Source of the DNA: Candidatus Rokuibacteriota bacterium
GTDB lineage: Bacteria > Methylomirabilota > Methylomirabilia > Rokubacteriales > CSP1-6
Assembly: GCA_003221615.1 (NCBI GenBank)
Contig: QHSQ01000140.1
Span: 15,000-78,999 of the forward strand
Direction: 5' to 3'
Length of the DNA: 64,000 nt
How positions within the stretch are numbered: the first letter of the stretch is position 1; each line of letters begins with the position of its first letter. Both the position numbers and the translations under genes were made by a program. Positions 9,006 through 18,675 of this stretch are shown here, one piece after another. The notes below the pieces were generated by a model. That model ran no database searches, was not told the origin of the DNA, and saw only the letters and a program-made list of their open reading frames with translations.

Positions 9006-10286
9006 GTGGCACTGTCCATCGCGCCGATCACGCGGCCGTTCGACGCCGTGGTCGAGCTGCCCGGATCGAAGAGCTACTCGAATCGGGCCCTGCTGGTCGC
9101 CGCGCTCGCCCGCGGGCGCTCCGAGGTCACGCGCGCGCTCTTCTCGGACGATACGCGCTACATGCACCAGGCCCTCGAGGCGCTGGGCGTGCGCGTGCGG
9201 GCCGACGAAGCCTCGCAATCGTTCGTCGTCGATGGGGTCGATGGGCGCTTCCCGGCCTCCGAAGCCACCCTGGAGATCGGCAACGCCGGGACCGCCGCGC
9301 GCTTCCTGACGGCGGCCGTCGCGCTCGCTCGCGGCACCTTCGTGATCGACGGCTCGCCGGCGATGCGCAAGCGTCCGATCCAGCCGCTGCTCGACGGCCT
9401 CCGCGCGCTCGGCGTCGACACCGAGAGCCGTGAGGGTACCGGCTGCCCTCCGGTCGTCGTGCGCGCACGCGGCATCGCCGGCGGCCATGCACGCGTGCGT
9501 GGCGACGTCTCGAGCCAGTACCTGAGCGCCTTGCTGATGGCGGCGCCCTATGCCGCCCGCGACGTGGAGATCGAGATCGAGGGCGATCTGGTGTCGGCGC
9601 CCTACGTGACGATGACGCTCTCCACGATGGAGGAGTTCGGCGTGCGCGCCGAGCGCGACGGCGACCGGCGCTTCCGCGTGGCGTCAGGCCAGCGCTACGC
9701 GGGGCGCCGATACGCGGTCGAGCCCGACGCTTCGGGTGCGTCGTACTTCTTCGCGGCGGCGGCGGTCACCGGAGGCCACGTGGTGGTGCCGCGGCTCGGC
9801 CACCGATCGGCGCAGGGCGATCTCGGACTGCTCGACGTGCTCGCGCGCATGGGCTGCGAGGTCACGATCGAGGCCGACGCGATCGCGGTGCAAGGGCCCG
9901 CGCGTCTGCGCGCCGTCGAGGCGGACTTCACGCGCATGGGCGATGTCGCGACCACCCTGATGGCGATCGCGCCGTTCGCCGACGGTCCCGTGACCGTCAA
10001 GGGCATCGCGCAGACCCACTACGAGGAGAGCGACCGTCCGGTCGCCGCCGCGACGGAGCTCCGCCGCATGGGCCTGCGGGTCGAGAGCACCTGGGACTCC
10101 GTGACGATCCACCCGGGCGCGCCGCAGTCGTGCGAGGTGCAGACCTACGACGACCATCGCATCGCGATGAGCTTCGCGGTGACGGGCCTGCGCGCGCCGG
10201 GGATCGCGATCGCGAATCCGGAATGCGTGTCGAAGACGTTCCCGGAGTTCTTCGAGGTGCTGGGAAGCCTGACCAAGCCGAGGTGA
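9006..10286 (+). CDS. aroA: EPSP synthase-family enolpyruvyl transferase (AroA paralog with atypical S3P pocket)
   Basis: PGSKSYSNR, GNAGTAARF, RPIQPL, SSQY, DDHRIAMSF, CVSKTFP; GGAGG RBS before GTG 9006. Confidence 0.85.
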   Translation: MALSIAPITRPFDAVVELPGSKSYSNRALLVAALARGRSEVTRALFSDDTRYMHQALEALGVRVRADEASQSFVVDGVDGRFPASEATLEIGNAGTAARFLTAAVALARGTFVIDGSPAMRKRPIQPLLDGLRALGVDTESREGTGCPPVVVRARGIAGGHARVRGDVSSQYLSALLMAAPYAARDVEIEIEGDLVSAPYVTMTLSTMEEFGVRAERDGDRRFRVASGQRYAGRRYAVEPDASGASYFFAAAAVTGGHVVVPRLGHRSAQGDLGLLDVLARMGCEVTIEADAIAVQGPARLRAVEADFTRMGDVATTLMAIAPFADGPVTVKGIAQTHYEESDRPVAAATELRRMGLRVESTWDSVTIHPGAPQSCEVQTYDDHRIAMSFAVTGLRAPGIAIANPECVSKTFPEFFEVLGSLTKPR

Positions 10287-11062
10287 CCGTGATCAACGTG
10301 TATGCGCTCTGCACCGGCCTCATCGAGCTCGATCGCGCCAGTATGGTGTCCGACCTCACGCCCGGTCAGCCCTGGACCGTGCCGGTGCTGAGCTTTCTGG
10401 TGAGCCATCCCCGCGGCACGCTCCTGTTCGACACCGGCGTGCACTGCCAGGCGCGCCTCGATCCGCTGGCGCGCCTGGGCCCCGAGCGGATCAAGCGCCT
10501 GACGGTCAAGTCACGGGAAGGCGACGACGTCGTGCCCCAGCTCGCCAGCCTCGGGCTCGAGCCCGACGGCGTCCGCTTCGTGGCGAACTCGCATCTGCAC
10601 TTCGACCACTGCGGTGGCAACGAGTTCTTCCCGCGGGCGACGTTCCTGGTGCAGCGGGCCGAGCTCGAGGCGGCGCGCCGCCCGGGCTTCGTGCCGAGCT
10701 ACAGCCCGAGCCCGCTCGACTTCGACCATCCGCTCGACTACCGCATGCTCGACGGCGAGCACGACGTGTTCGGCGACGGCAAGGTCGTGCTGCTGCCGAC
10801 GTACGGGCACACGCCCGGCCATCAGTCGCTGCTGGTCCGTGCCGGCAAGCAGGCGCAGATCGTCGCCGCGTCCGACGCGTGCTACACACGGGAGAACATG
10901 GACCGCGACGTGCTGCCGAAGATCCTCTGGAACCCGTCGGTCATGTCCGAGTCACTGGCGACGCTCCGAAAGCTCCGTGACCAGGCCGGCGCCACGATGT
11001 TCTACGGCCACGACCCCGCGCAGTGGGAGACGATGCCGAGAACGCCGGCCCCGGTGATCTGA
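10283..11062 (+). CDS. N-acyl-homoserine lactonase-like metallo-beta-lactamase fold hydrolase
   Basis: SHLHFDHCGG, GHTPGHQS, YGHD; GTGA overlap with the aroA stop. Confidence 0.88.
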   Translation: MTVINVYALCTGLIELDRASMVSDLTPGQPWTVPVLSFLVSHPRGTLLFDTGVHCQARLDPLARLGPERIKRLTVKSREGDDVVPQLASLGLEPDGVRFVANSHLHFDHCGGNEFFPRATFLVQRAELEAARRPGFVPSYSPSPLDFDHPLDYRMLDGEHDVFGDGKVVLLPTYGHTPGHQSLLVRAGKQAQIVAASDACYTRENMDRDVLPKILWNPSVMSESLATLRKLRDQAGATMFYGHDPAQWETMPRTPAPVI

Positions 11063-11074
11063 GGACCGACCGCG

Positions 11075-12124
11075 ATGCGATTTGGACTGTTCTATCAGGC
11101 GTCGGAGGCGGATGGGCAGACGCACATCGAGCGCTACGCCGAGATGCTCGATCTGATCGCGCTCGGCGACACGCTCGGGTTCGACGTGGCGTGGCTGGCC
11201 GAGCTGCACTTCGGCGGCGCGTTCTCGCTGCTGGCGAGCCCGTTGATGGTCGTCCCCGTGATCGCGCAGCGCACGCAACGGATCCGCATCGGGACCGCCG
11301 TCACCCTGCTGCCGCTCCACCATCCGCTGAGCTGCGCCGAGCAAGCCGCGACGGCCGACCTGCTCTCCGGCGGCCGGCTGGAGTTCGGCGTGGGCCGCGG
11401 CTCGATCCCGAGCCAGTTCCACGGCTTTCGGGTGGCCGTGTCGGAGAACCGCGCGCGCTTCGACGAGGCGCTCGAGATCATTCGGCTGGCGTGGACGAAG
11501 GAGCGTTTCAGCTTTCGGGGGGCGTTCTATCAGGTGGAGGACGTCGCCGTCGTGCCGAGACCGCTCCAGCGGCCGCACCCACCGATCCGCGTCGCCGTCC
11601 ACACGGCCGAGAGCTTCGCCCATATCGGGGATCTCGGTCTCTCGATCTATTCGGGGACGACGACCACGCCGCTGCCGCAGCTGCGCGAGTACACGGCGCT
11701 CTACCGGGCCCATCTCGCGGCCGCGGGACACGCCTGGCAACCCGATCAGATGGCGCTGATGCTGCCGGTGCACGTGGGCGCGACATCCGGCGCCGCGCGC
11801 GACGCGATGCGCGCCGGCGTGCTGAAGTACTACAAGAACATCGAAACGATCTTCGCGCAGCTCCCGGACTCCTACGGCGACCACCTGCCGCGCCTGAAGA
11901 CGATCCGGGAGACCATCGCCAATCTCCCGTACGAGAAGTTCTGCCGCGACCAGGGCGTCTTCGGCGACGCGGCCGAGGTCGTCGATCGGCTCCAGGCGGC
12001 GCGCGACGAATTCGGGCTCTCGCAGATCATCTGCTGGTTCGATCAAGGCTCGATGCTGCCGCGGGCGGAAGTCGAGCGCGCGATGCGGCAGTTCACCGAC
12101 GAGGTCATGCCGAAGTTCCGCTAG
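11075..12124 (+). CDS. LLM class flavin-dependent oxidoreductase
   Basis: WLAELHF, RIRIGTAV, DLLSGGRLEFGVGRG, PRPLQRPHPP. Confidence 0.92.
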   Translation: MRFGLFYQASEADGQTHIERYAEMLDLIALGDTLGFDVAWLAELHFGGAFSLLASPLMVVPVIAQRTQRIRIGTAVTLLPLHHPLSCAEQAATADLLSGGRLEFGVGRGSIPSQFHGFRVAVSENRARFDEALEIIRLAWTKERFSFRGAFYQVEDVAVVPRPLQRPHPPIRVAVHTAESFAHIGDLGLSIYSGTTTTPLPQLREYTALYRAHLAAAGHAWQPDQMALMLPVHVGATSGAARDAMRAGVLKYYKNIETIFAQLPDSYGDHLPRLKTIRETIANLPYEKFCRDQGVFGDAAEVVDRLQAARDEFGLSQIICWFDQGSMLPRAEVERAMRQFTDEVMPKFR

Positions 12125-12156
12125 AGAAGGCGCGCTTCGGAACGAAGGAGGACCGT

Positions 12157-12888
12157 GTGGCCAAGAGCGTCGTCACGCCCGAGCGGTTCGCCAGAGGCAT
12201 GACGTTCGAGGAGTACGTGAAATATGCCGAGACGCCCGAGAACCTCGCCCGGGAGGGGTTCGGCAGCTATTTCCCCGACGGCGGATCGATCGGCGCCGTT
12301 CGCAAGGACCAGAGCGCGGTATTCCGCGAGCGCTACGCGCGCGCGCGGCTCACCGACCAGCAGATCGGGGCCATCAAATGGCTCGCCGCGCACCCGGACG
12401 GCCCCGCGAAGATCCTCGTGATCTCCGAGGACTGGTCGTCCGACTGCCGGCGTGACGTGCCGATGCTGGCGCGGCTGGCCGAGGCGGGCGGGCTGGAGCT
12501 CAGGATCTTCAACCGCGACGGCAAGAAGATCCTCGGAACGCGGCGGCCGGATCCGGCGGCCCATCGCGACGGCAACCACGACATCATGCTCGAGTTCTTG
12601 AATTCCAAGAACGGCGGCGAGTGGGCCTCGGTGCCGGTCGTGGTGATCTACACGAAGGACTTCCGCGAGCTGCACCGCTACATCGAGTATCCGGCCATCT
12701 ATCACAAGGACTATATCCGCGGCCACATGCAGTCGGCGCGGAGCGGCGAGACCGAGGCGCAGACGAAGGACCGCGCCCAGCGGGAGTTCGTCGCGATGCA
12801 GGCCTCGCCGTTCTTCGACGTGTGGGCCTCGGCCGGGATCGACGAGATCCTGAGCGCGCTCTACGAGAAGCTGACGGTGAAGGCCTAG
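12157..12888 (+). CDS. thioredoxin-fold protein (Thioredoxin_9-like) with SxxC active site
   Basis: VISEDWSSDCRRDVP, LRIFNRD, ASVPVVV (cis-Pro); AGGAGG RBS before GTG 12157. Confidence 0.78.
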   Translation: MAKSVVTPERFARGMTFEEYVKYAETPENLAREGFGSYFPDGGSIGAVRKDQSAVFRERYARARLTDQQIGAIKWLAAHPDGPAKILVISEDWSSDCRRDVPMLARLAEAGGLELRIFNRDGKKILGTRRPDPAAHRDGNHDIMLEFLNSKNGGEWASVPVVVIYTKDFRELHRYIEYPAIYHKDYIRGHMQSARSGETEAQTKDRAQREFVAMQASPFFDVWASAGIDEILSALYEKLTVKA

Positions 12889-12899
12889 GCCGGGACGGC

Positions 12900-14243
12900 T
12901 CAGGTCGGACGCGCGGCCACGACCAGGAGGCCTTCGACCGGCTTCTTGAGCTCGAGTCGAAGATGAACGTGGGTCAGCCGGCGAGGCTCGAGACGAGCCG
13001 CGGACAGGACCCGGCGCACGTACGCCTCGGTGTGGCTATAGCGTCCGTGCGGGTTGATCCTGAATCCCTGGGGCGCCTCGGCCTCGCTCGCGCGCTCCAG
13101 GGTGAAGACCAGATGGCCTCCGGGGCGCAGCCCGCGCAGCGCCGCCGCCATCACGGGCGCCAGATCGCCGAAGTAGACCAGGGTGTCCGCCGACACCACG
13201 AGGTCCCAGGCCGCCGGCACCGCGCCCACGAACGCGGTCAGCTCGCCGAGGATCAGATCGTCGTAGAGCTTGCGCACGCCGGCGCGCTTGAGCATCTCGA
13301 GCGACAGATCGACGCCGACCAGTCGCCGGGCGAAGGGCTTCACGCGCTCCCCGCAGAGCCCCGTCCCGCATCCGGCATCGAGGATATCGAGCCGACCCTC
13401 CGGCGCTCCCGCCACGTCGGCGGCGGCCTCGGCCACCAGCGCCGGCGCGCGATACTGAAGATTCTCGAGGATCTGGTCGAAGCTGTCGGCGAAGCCCTCG
13501 AAGATGTTCCGCACGCACTCGTCCGAGGCGCGGGCGGGCACCTCCTGTCCGGTGCACGCCGACAAGAGGTGTCGCGCCAGCGGGTTGTCGGGCTCGAGCG
13601 ACAACCACTTCCGGTACACGTCGGCCGCTTCGTCGATTCGCCCCCATCCGTAGAGCGCGGACCCGAGCCGGCGATACGAGTCGAAATGAAACGGCCGCAG
13701 CATGACGGCTTGCCGGTACGCGGTCAACGCCTCGGCCATGCGGTCGAGCGCCTCGAGCGCCTTGCCAAGGTTCAGGTGGGCGTCGGCCATCTCGGGCCGG
13801 AGCGCGATGGCCCGCTCGTAGAGCGCCACCGCTTCCTCGTGGCGCTTCTGCTGCTGGAGCGCGTTGCCGAGGTTGTTGTGGGCGTCGGCCAGGTCGGGCT
13901 GCAGCGCGATGGCCCGCTCGTAGCAGGTCACCGCTTCCTCGGCGCGCTTCTGATGCTGCAGGACGTTGCCGAGGTTGTTGTGAGCGTCGGAGTAGGTGGG
14001 CGCGAGCTCCACCGCGCGCCGGATCAAGGTCTCGGCCTCGGCCAGCCGCCCGAGCTGGAACGCCACCATCCCACGGAAGTGCCAGGCGTCGGGATAGTCG
14101 GGAGCGACCGCGATGATGCGTCGATAGAGCTCGTCGGCGGCCTCCAGGCGGTCTTCCTTCTGCAGCTCTCGGGCATAGGCCATCGCGTCGGCGAGCCCGA
14201 GCTCTTTCGCCGCGGTCGCGCCCGCGTCGTCACCGGTCGCCAT
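12900..14243 (-). CDS. TPR-repeat protein fused to class I SAM methyltransferase
   Basis: Repeated AHNNLGNAL TPRs; ILDAGCGTG, DTLVYFGDL, GRYSH. Confidence 0.9.
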   Translation of the reverse strand: MATGDDAGATAAKELGLADAMAYARELQKEDRLEAADELYRRIIAVAPDYPDAWHFRGMVAFQLGRLAEAETLIRRAVELAPTYSDAHNNLGNVLQHQKRAEEAVTCYERAIALQPDLADAHNNLGNALQQQKRHEEAVALYERAIALRPEMADAHLNLGKALEALDRMAEALTAYRQAVMLRPFHFDSYRRLGSALYGWGRIDEAADVYRKWLSLEPDNPLARHLLSACTGQEVPARASDECVRNIFEGFADSFDQILENLQYRAPALVAEAAADVAGAPEGRLDILDAGCGTGLCGERVKPFARRLVGVDLSLEMLKRAGVRKLYDDLILGELTAFVGAVPAAWDLVVSADTLVYFGDLAPVMAAALRGLRPGGHLVFTLERASEAEAPQGFRINPHGRYSHTEAYVRRVLSAARLEPRRLTHVHLRLELKKPVEGLLVVAARPT

Positions 14244-14336
14244 GGCAGAGATTCTAGTCGATGGATTCAAGGCGCGACGCCACTTGACTCCGCGCCCCGA
14301 ACGGGCGAGCCTCGCGTGAGGCCACGGGCGACCGCG

Positions 14337-14390
14337 GTAGTGCGCGCTGCAGACCGTCGCGGGGCTGGGGCCCCGCCGGTCGAGGCGCGC
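14337..14390 (+). repeat. REP-like GC-rich hairpin, single copy
   Basis: GTAG-TGCGCGCTGCAGACCGTCGCGGGGCTGGGGCCCCGCCGGTCGAGGCGCGC; matches the copies at 38302-38487 and 47262-47378. Confidence 0.85.
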
Positions 14391-14409
14391 ATATAAACGG
14401 AGGGCGGTC

Positions 14410-15396
14410 ATGAGCGAGCGAGAGCTGACGTACGGCGAGGCGGTGAAGGAAGCGATCGCGGAGGAAATGCGGCGCGACCCGCGCGTGTTCCTCATCGGCG
14501 AGGACGTGGCCGAGGCCGGCCACCCGTTCAAGACCCTCACGGGGCTCGTCCAGGAGTTCGGCACTCAGCGGATCATCGACACGCCGATCTCCGAGCCCGG
14601 CTACGCCGGCATCGGCGTCGGCGCCGCGATGACGGGCATGCGCCCGGTCGTCGACGTGATGTTCGGCGACTTCATCACGCTGACGATGGATCAAATGGTC
14701 AACCAGGCCGCCAAGGCGCACTACATGTCGGGCGGCAAGATCAAGGTGCCCATCGTCTTCCGCACGACGCTCGGGGCGACGCGGCGCTCGGCCGCCCAGC
14801 ACTCGCAGTCGCTGCACGCCTGGGTGAGCCACGTCCCCGGCCTCAAGGTGGCGCTGCCCTCGGGCCCGTACGAGGCCAAGGGCCTGATGAAGACGGCCAT
14901 CCGCGACGACAGCCCGGTCGTCATTTTCGAGGACAAGATGATGTACCGGGTCAAGGGCCCGGTGCCCGCCGACGACTACACGATTCCTTTCGGGGTCGCC
15001 GAAATCAAGCGCCCGGGCACGGACATCACGATCGTCGCCACCAGCAGCATGGTCGCGGTCGCTCTCGGCGCCGCCAAGCTCCTCGAGAAGGCTGGGATCA
15101 GCGCCGAGGTGATCGACCCGCGCACGACGTGGCCGCTCGACAGGCAGGCCCTGATCGAGTCGGCCAAGAAGACCTCGCGCGCGATCGTGGTGGACGAGGG
15201 CTACGAGCGCTACGGCGTCACCGCCGAGATCGCCTCGGTGATCGCCGAAGGCGCGTTCTATCACCTGGACGCGCCGGTGAAGCGCATCGGCGCCATGGAC
15301 GTCCCGGTGCCGTTCTCGCCGGTGCTCGAGGATCTCACGGTGCCGACGGAGAAGTCGGTCGCGGAGGCCGCGAAGGCGCTCTGCCGGAAGTCATGA
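14410..15396 (+). CDS. 2-oxoacid/acetoin dehydrogenase E1 beta subunit
   Basis: GEDV, DTPISE, GMRPVVDVMFGDF, AAQHSQS, EVIDPRT. Confidence 0.93.
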   Translation: MSERELTYGEAVKEAIAEEMRRDPRVFLIGEDVAEAGHPFKTLTGLVQEFGTQRIIDTPISEPGYAGIGVGAAMTGMRPVVDVMFGDFITLTMDQMVNQAAKAHYMSGGKIKVPIVFRTTLGATRRSAAQHSQSLHAWVSHVPGLKVALPSGPYEAKGLMKTAIRDDSPVVIFEDKMMYRVKGPVPADDYTIPFGVAEIKRPGTDITIVATSSMVAVALGAAKLLEKAGISAEVIDPRTTWPLDRQALIESAKKTSRAIVVDEGYERYGVTAEIASVIAEGAFYHLDAPVKRIGAMDVPVPFSPVLEDLTVPTEKSVAEAAKALCRKS

Positions 15397-16448
15397 GCCC
15401 CGTGACTCCTCCCGTGCGCATCGACGTCGATCTGTCCAGCGATACGGTCACGCGGCCCACCGCCGACATGCGCCGCTTCATGTGCGAGGCCGAGGTGGGC
15501 GACGAGCAGAAGCTCGAGGATCCGACCGTCAATCTCCTGAACGAGATGGTGGCCGAGCTCCTGGGCAAGGAAGCCGCGGTGTTCCTGCCGTCCGGCACCA
15601 TGTGCAACGAGATCGCGCTGCGCGTACACGCGCGGCCGGGCGAAGAGGTGATCGCCCACCACACCGCGCACCCCATCAATTTCGAGACCGGCGGGCCGGG
15701 CGCGCTGGCCGGCGTGAACATGCGAGCGATCGACGGCGCGCGCGGTCAATTCGACGCGGCGGCAGTCGAAGCGGCGGTGCGCCCGCCCTCGCGCTACGCG
15801 CCCCGCACTCGGCTCGTCTGGGTCGAGCAGACGAGCAACCTCGGCGGCGGCTCGGTGTGGCCGCTCGAGCGTCTCGAGGCGGTGGCCGCGGTCGCGAAGC
15901 GCCACGGCCTGGCGACCCATATGGACGGCGCGCGCCTCATGAACGCGGTGGTGGCGAGCGGCGTCTCCGCGCGGGACTATGCGGCGCGGTTCGATTCCGC
16001 GTGGATCGATTTCACCAAGGGCCTCGGCGCTCCGGTCGGCGCCGCGCTGGCGGGCTCGCGGGCGTTCATCGACGAGGCATGGCGGTGCAAGCAGCAGATG
16101 GGGGGCGCCATGCGCCAGGCCGGGATCATCGCCGCTGGCGGCGTGTACGCGCTGCGCCACCACGTGAAGCGTCTGGCCGAGGACCACGCGAACGCGCGCC
16201 GTCTGGCCGAAGGCCTGGCCGGTCTGCCCGGCGTGCGTCTCGACCCGAGGACGATCGACACGAACATCGTTTTCTTCGAGCTGACGGGCTCGCTGACCGC
16301 CTCGGCCGCCGTGGAGCGCCTGCTCGTCCGCGGCGTGCGCATGGGCGCGCTCGGGGCGCGCACGATTCGCGCTGTCACCCACCTCGACGTCGACGCCCAC
16401 GCGATCGAGCGGGCGCTGGCCGTCGCCCGCGACGTCTTCACGGGCTGA
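15393..16448 (+). CDS. ltaE: low-specificity L-threonine aldolase family PLP enzyme
   Basis: DLSSDTVTRP, SGTMCN, HMDGARLMNA, FTKGLGAPVG (PLP Lys); ATGA overlap with E1beta. Confidence 0.85.
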   Translation: MSPVTPPVRIDVDLSSDTVTRPTADMRRFMCEAEVGDEQKLEDPTVNLLNEMVAELLGKEAAVFLPSGTMCNEIALRVHARPGEEVIAHHTAHPINFETGGPGALAGVNMRAIDGARGQFDAAAVEAAVRPPSRYAPRTRLVWVEQTSNLGGGSVWPLERLEAVAAVAKRHGLATHMDGARLMNAVVASGVSARDYAARFDSAWIDFTKGLGAPVGAALAGSRAFIDEAWRCKQQMGGAMRQAGIIAAGGVYALRHHVKRLAEDHANARRLAEGLAGLPGVRLDPRTIDTNIVFFELTGSLTASAAVERLLVRGVRMGALGARTIRAVTHLDVDAHAIERALAVARDVFTG

Positions 16449-16460
16449 GCGCGGATCCCG

Positions 16461-17792
16461 ATGCCGACCGACATCATCATGCCCGCCCTGGAGCTGGCGC
16501 AGGAGACCGGCAAGGTCGTGCACTGGCTCAAGCGCGCGGGGGACACCGTGCGCAAGGGTGAGCCGATCGTCGAGATCGAGACCGACAAGGTGACGGTCGA
16601 GATCGAGGCGCCGGCGTCCGGCGTCTTGCGTGATGTAACCGCGCAGGAGGGCGACGTGGTGCCCGTCGGGCGGACGATCGCGATCGTCGTCGGGACCGAC
16701 GAGGCCGGCGCCGCCGCTGCCGCGGCGACCGTCATGCCCCCGGCCAGCGCGGCCGCGACGGGCGCCATTCCGATCCCGCCGACCGCGGTCAGCGCGGCGG
16801 GCGGCGCGGTGAAGGCATCGCCGCTCGCGCGGAGGATCGCGGAGCAGCACGGCGTCGACATCGCGCGGGTCCGAACGCCGAGCGGACGGGTCGAGAAGGC
16901 CGACGTCCTGGCCTACGTCGAGAGCCAGAAAGCCGCGGGGAACGGACGGGAAGGACGACTCGTCGCGGCTTCGCCGAAGGCGCGCCGCCTCGCGGCCGAG
17001 CGAGGGCTCGATCTCGCCGCGGTTCGCGGCACAGGCCCCGGCGGCGCCGTCCTGGCGGTGGACGTGCCGGTCGCGCGCGTTGCCCCGGCGTCCGCCGCGA
17101 TGCCGAGCGCGCCGCGCGTCGGCGCTCCTGGCGTCGGTACGGTCTGGCGAATCATGGCCGAGCGCATGACGACCAGCTGGACGACGGCGCCCCATTTCTA
17201 TCTGGTGCGCGAGGTCGACGTGAGCCGTCTGGTCTCGTGGCTCGATCGGGCGCGCAAGCAGACGGGTGCCCACATCACGTACACGGATCTGCTGATCAAG
17301 CTCGTCGCGGCGGCGCTCTCGCGTCACCCGCGCGTGAACGCGTCATGGAGAGACGACGCGATCGCGCAGCACACGGACATCAATATCGGCCTGGCGGTGG
17401 CCATCGACGACGGCCTCGTCGTGCCCGTGATCCATCGCGCGGACACGCTGGGCCTCGCGGAGATCGCAGCCCGGCGGGAGGACGCGGTGAGCCGTGCCCA
17501 GGCTGGCAAGCTGCGCCCGGGCGACATCCAGGGCGGTGGATTCACGATCAGCAACCTCGGGATGTACGGCGTGGACGCATTCAGTGCGATCGTCAATCCG
17601 CCGCAGGCCGCCATTCTCGCCGTCGGGCGCATCGCCGACCGCGTGGTCGCCCGCAATGGCCAGCCCGCCGTCCTGCCCACGATGATGCTGACCCTGTCGT
17701 GCGACCATCGCGCGCTCGACGGCGCGCGGGGGGCCCAGTTCCTCGGGGCGCTCGCCGATCTGGTCGAGGAGCCGCTGGCGCTTCTCGTCTAG
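16461..17792 (+). CDS. dihydrolipoamide acyltransferase E2 component
   Basis: Lipoyl motif ETDKVTVE, two ASPxARR peripheral-subunit-binding domains, DHRALDG catalytic motif. Confidence 0.93.
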   Translation: MPTDIIMPALELAQETGKVVHWLKRAGDTVRKGEPIVEIETDKVTVEIEAPASGVLRDVTAQEGDVVPVGRTIAIVVGTDEAGAAAAAATVMPPASAAATGAIPIPPTAVSAAGGAVKASPLARRIAEQHGVDIARVRTPSGRVEKADVLAYVESQKAAGNGREGRLVAASPKARRLAAERGLDLAAVRGTGPGGAVLAVDVPVARVAPASAAMPSAPRVGAPGVGTVWRIMAERMTTSWTTAPHFYLVREVDVSRLVSWLDRARKQTGAHITYTDLLIKLVAAALSRHPRVNASWRDDAIAQHTDINIGLAVAIDDGLVVPVIHRADTLGLAEIAARREDAVSRAQAGKLRPGDIQGGGFTISNLGMYGVDAFSAIVNPPQAAILAVGRIADRVVARNGQPAVLPTMMLTLSCDHRALDGARGAQFLGALADLVEEPLALLV

Positions 17793-17823
17793 GAGTTCCG
17801 GCGGGCGCTATACTTCGAGCATC

Positions 17824-18576
17824 ATGAGAAACCCCCGACTCGTCGCCTTCGCGCTCGTCCTCGGTATCGTCGCTTCGACGCTCGGCGCCCGGCCCGTCGT
17901 GGGCGCCGACGAGCCGAAGCTCACGCAGCAAGAGATCGAAAAGATCGTGCACGACTACCTTCTCCGCGAGCCCGAGGTGCTCGCCGAGGCCCTGCGGAGT
18001 CTGCAGCAGCGCCAGTCGTCGGCCGCGGCTCAGAGGGCCAAGCAGGCCATCCGCGACCATCAGCAGGCGCTCCTGTCCGATCAGGGCTCGCCGGTCGAGG
18101 GCAACGCGCAGGGTAAAGTCACCATCGTCGAGTTTTTCGACTACCGATGCGTGCATTGCCGCCGCGTCGCGTCCACGATCGACAATCTGATGCGCTCGAA
18201 CGCGTCGGTCCGCGTCATCTACAAGAACTTCCCGGTGCTGGGCGAGCCCTCGGTGCTGGCGGCTCGAGCCGCGGTCGCCGCCCAGCAACAGGGCGGATGG
18301 CCGAAGCTCCACCGGGCGATGCTCGCTTACGAGGGAGATTTCACGACCGAAACCCTCCTGGCGCTCGGCACGTCGGTCGGGCTCGACTCCGGGAAGCTCA
18401 AGACGGACATGATGTCGCCCGCGACCGACAAGGCCCTGCAGGCCAACCTGACCCTCGCGGCCGCCCTCGGAGTGGACGTCACGCCGACCTTCGTGATCGG
18501 CGAGCGCGTCATCAGGGGGGCGCTCTCCGCCGAAGCCTTCCAGGCGCTCGTCGACGAGGAAGCGGGCAAGCGCTAA
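17824..18576 (+). CDS. DsbA/ScsC-like periplasmic thiol-disulfide oxidoreductase
   Basis: Signal peptide, EFFDYRCVHC, VTPTFVIG. Confidence 0.9.
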   Translation: MRNPRLVAFALVLGIVASTLGARPVVGADEPKLTQQEIEKIVHDYLLREPEVLAEALRSLQQRQSSAAAQRAKQAIRDHQQALLSDQGSPVEGNAQGKVTIVEFFDYRCVHCRRVASTIDNLMRSNASVRVIYKNFPVLGEPSVLAARAAVAAQQQGGWPKLHRAMLAYEGDFTTETLLALGTSVGLDSGKLKTDMMSPATDKALQANLTLAAALGVDVTPTFVIGERVIRGALSAEAFQALVDEEAGKR

Positions 18577-18645
18577 CCCCGCGCGCGCTCCGCGGCAACC
18601 TTTAGCCGACCCGCGGGTGGGCATCGAGGCGGCCCGGAATAAGCC

Positions 18646-18675
18646 TTGACTGGGCGTCTCATAAACGCCTAGAAT
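18646..18675 (+). promoter_or_regulatory. sigma70-type promoter of the fdh operon
   Basis: TTGACT-18 nt-TAGAAT in an AT-richer intergenic stretch. Confidence 0.6.
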
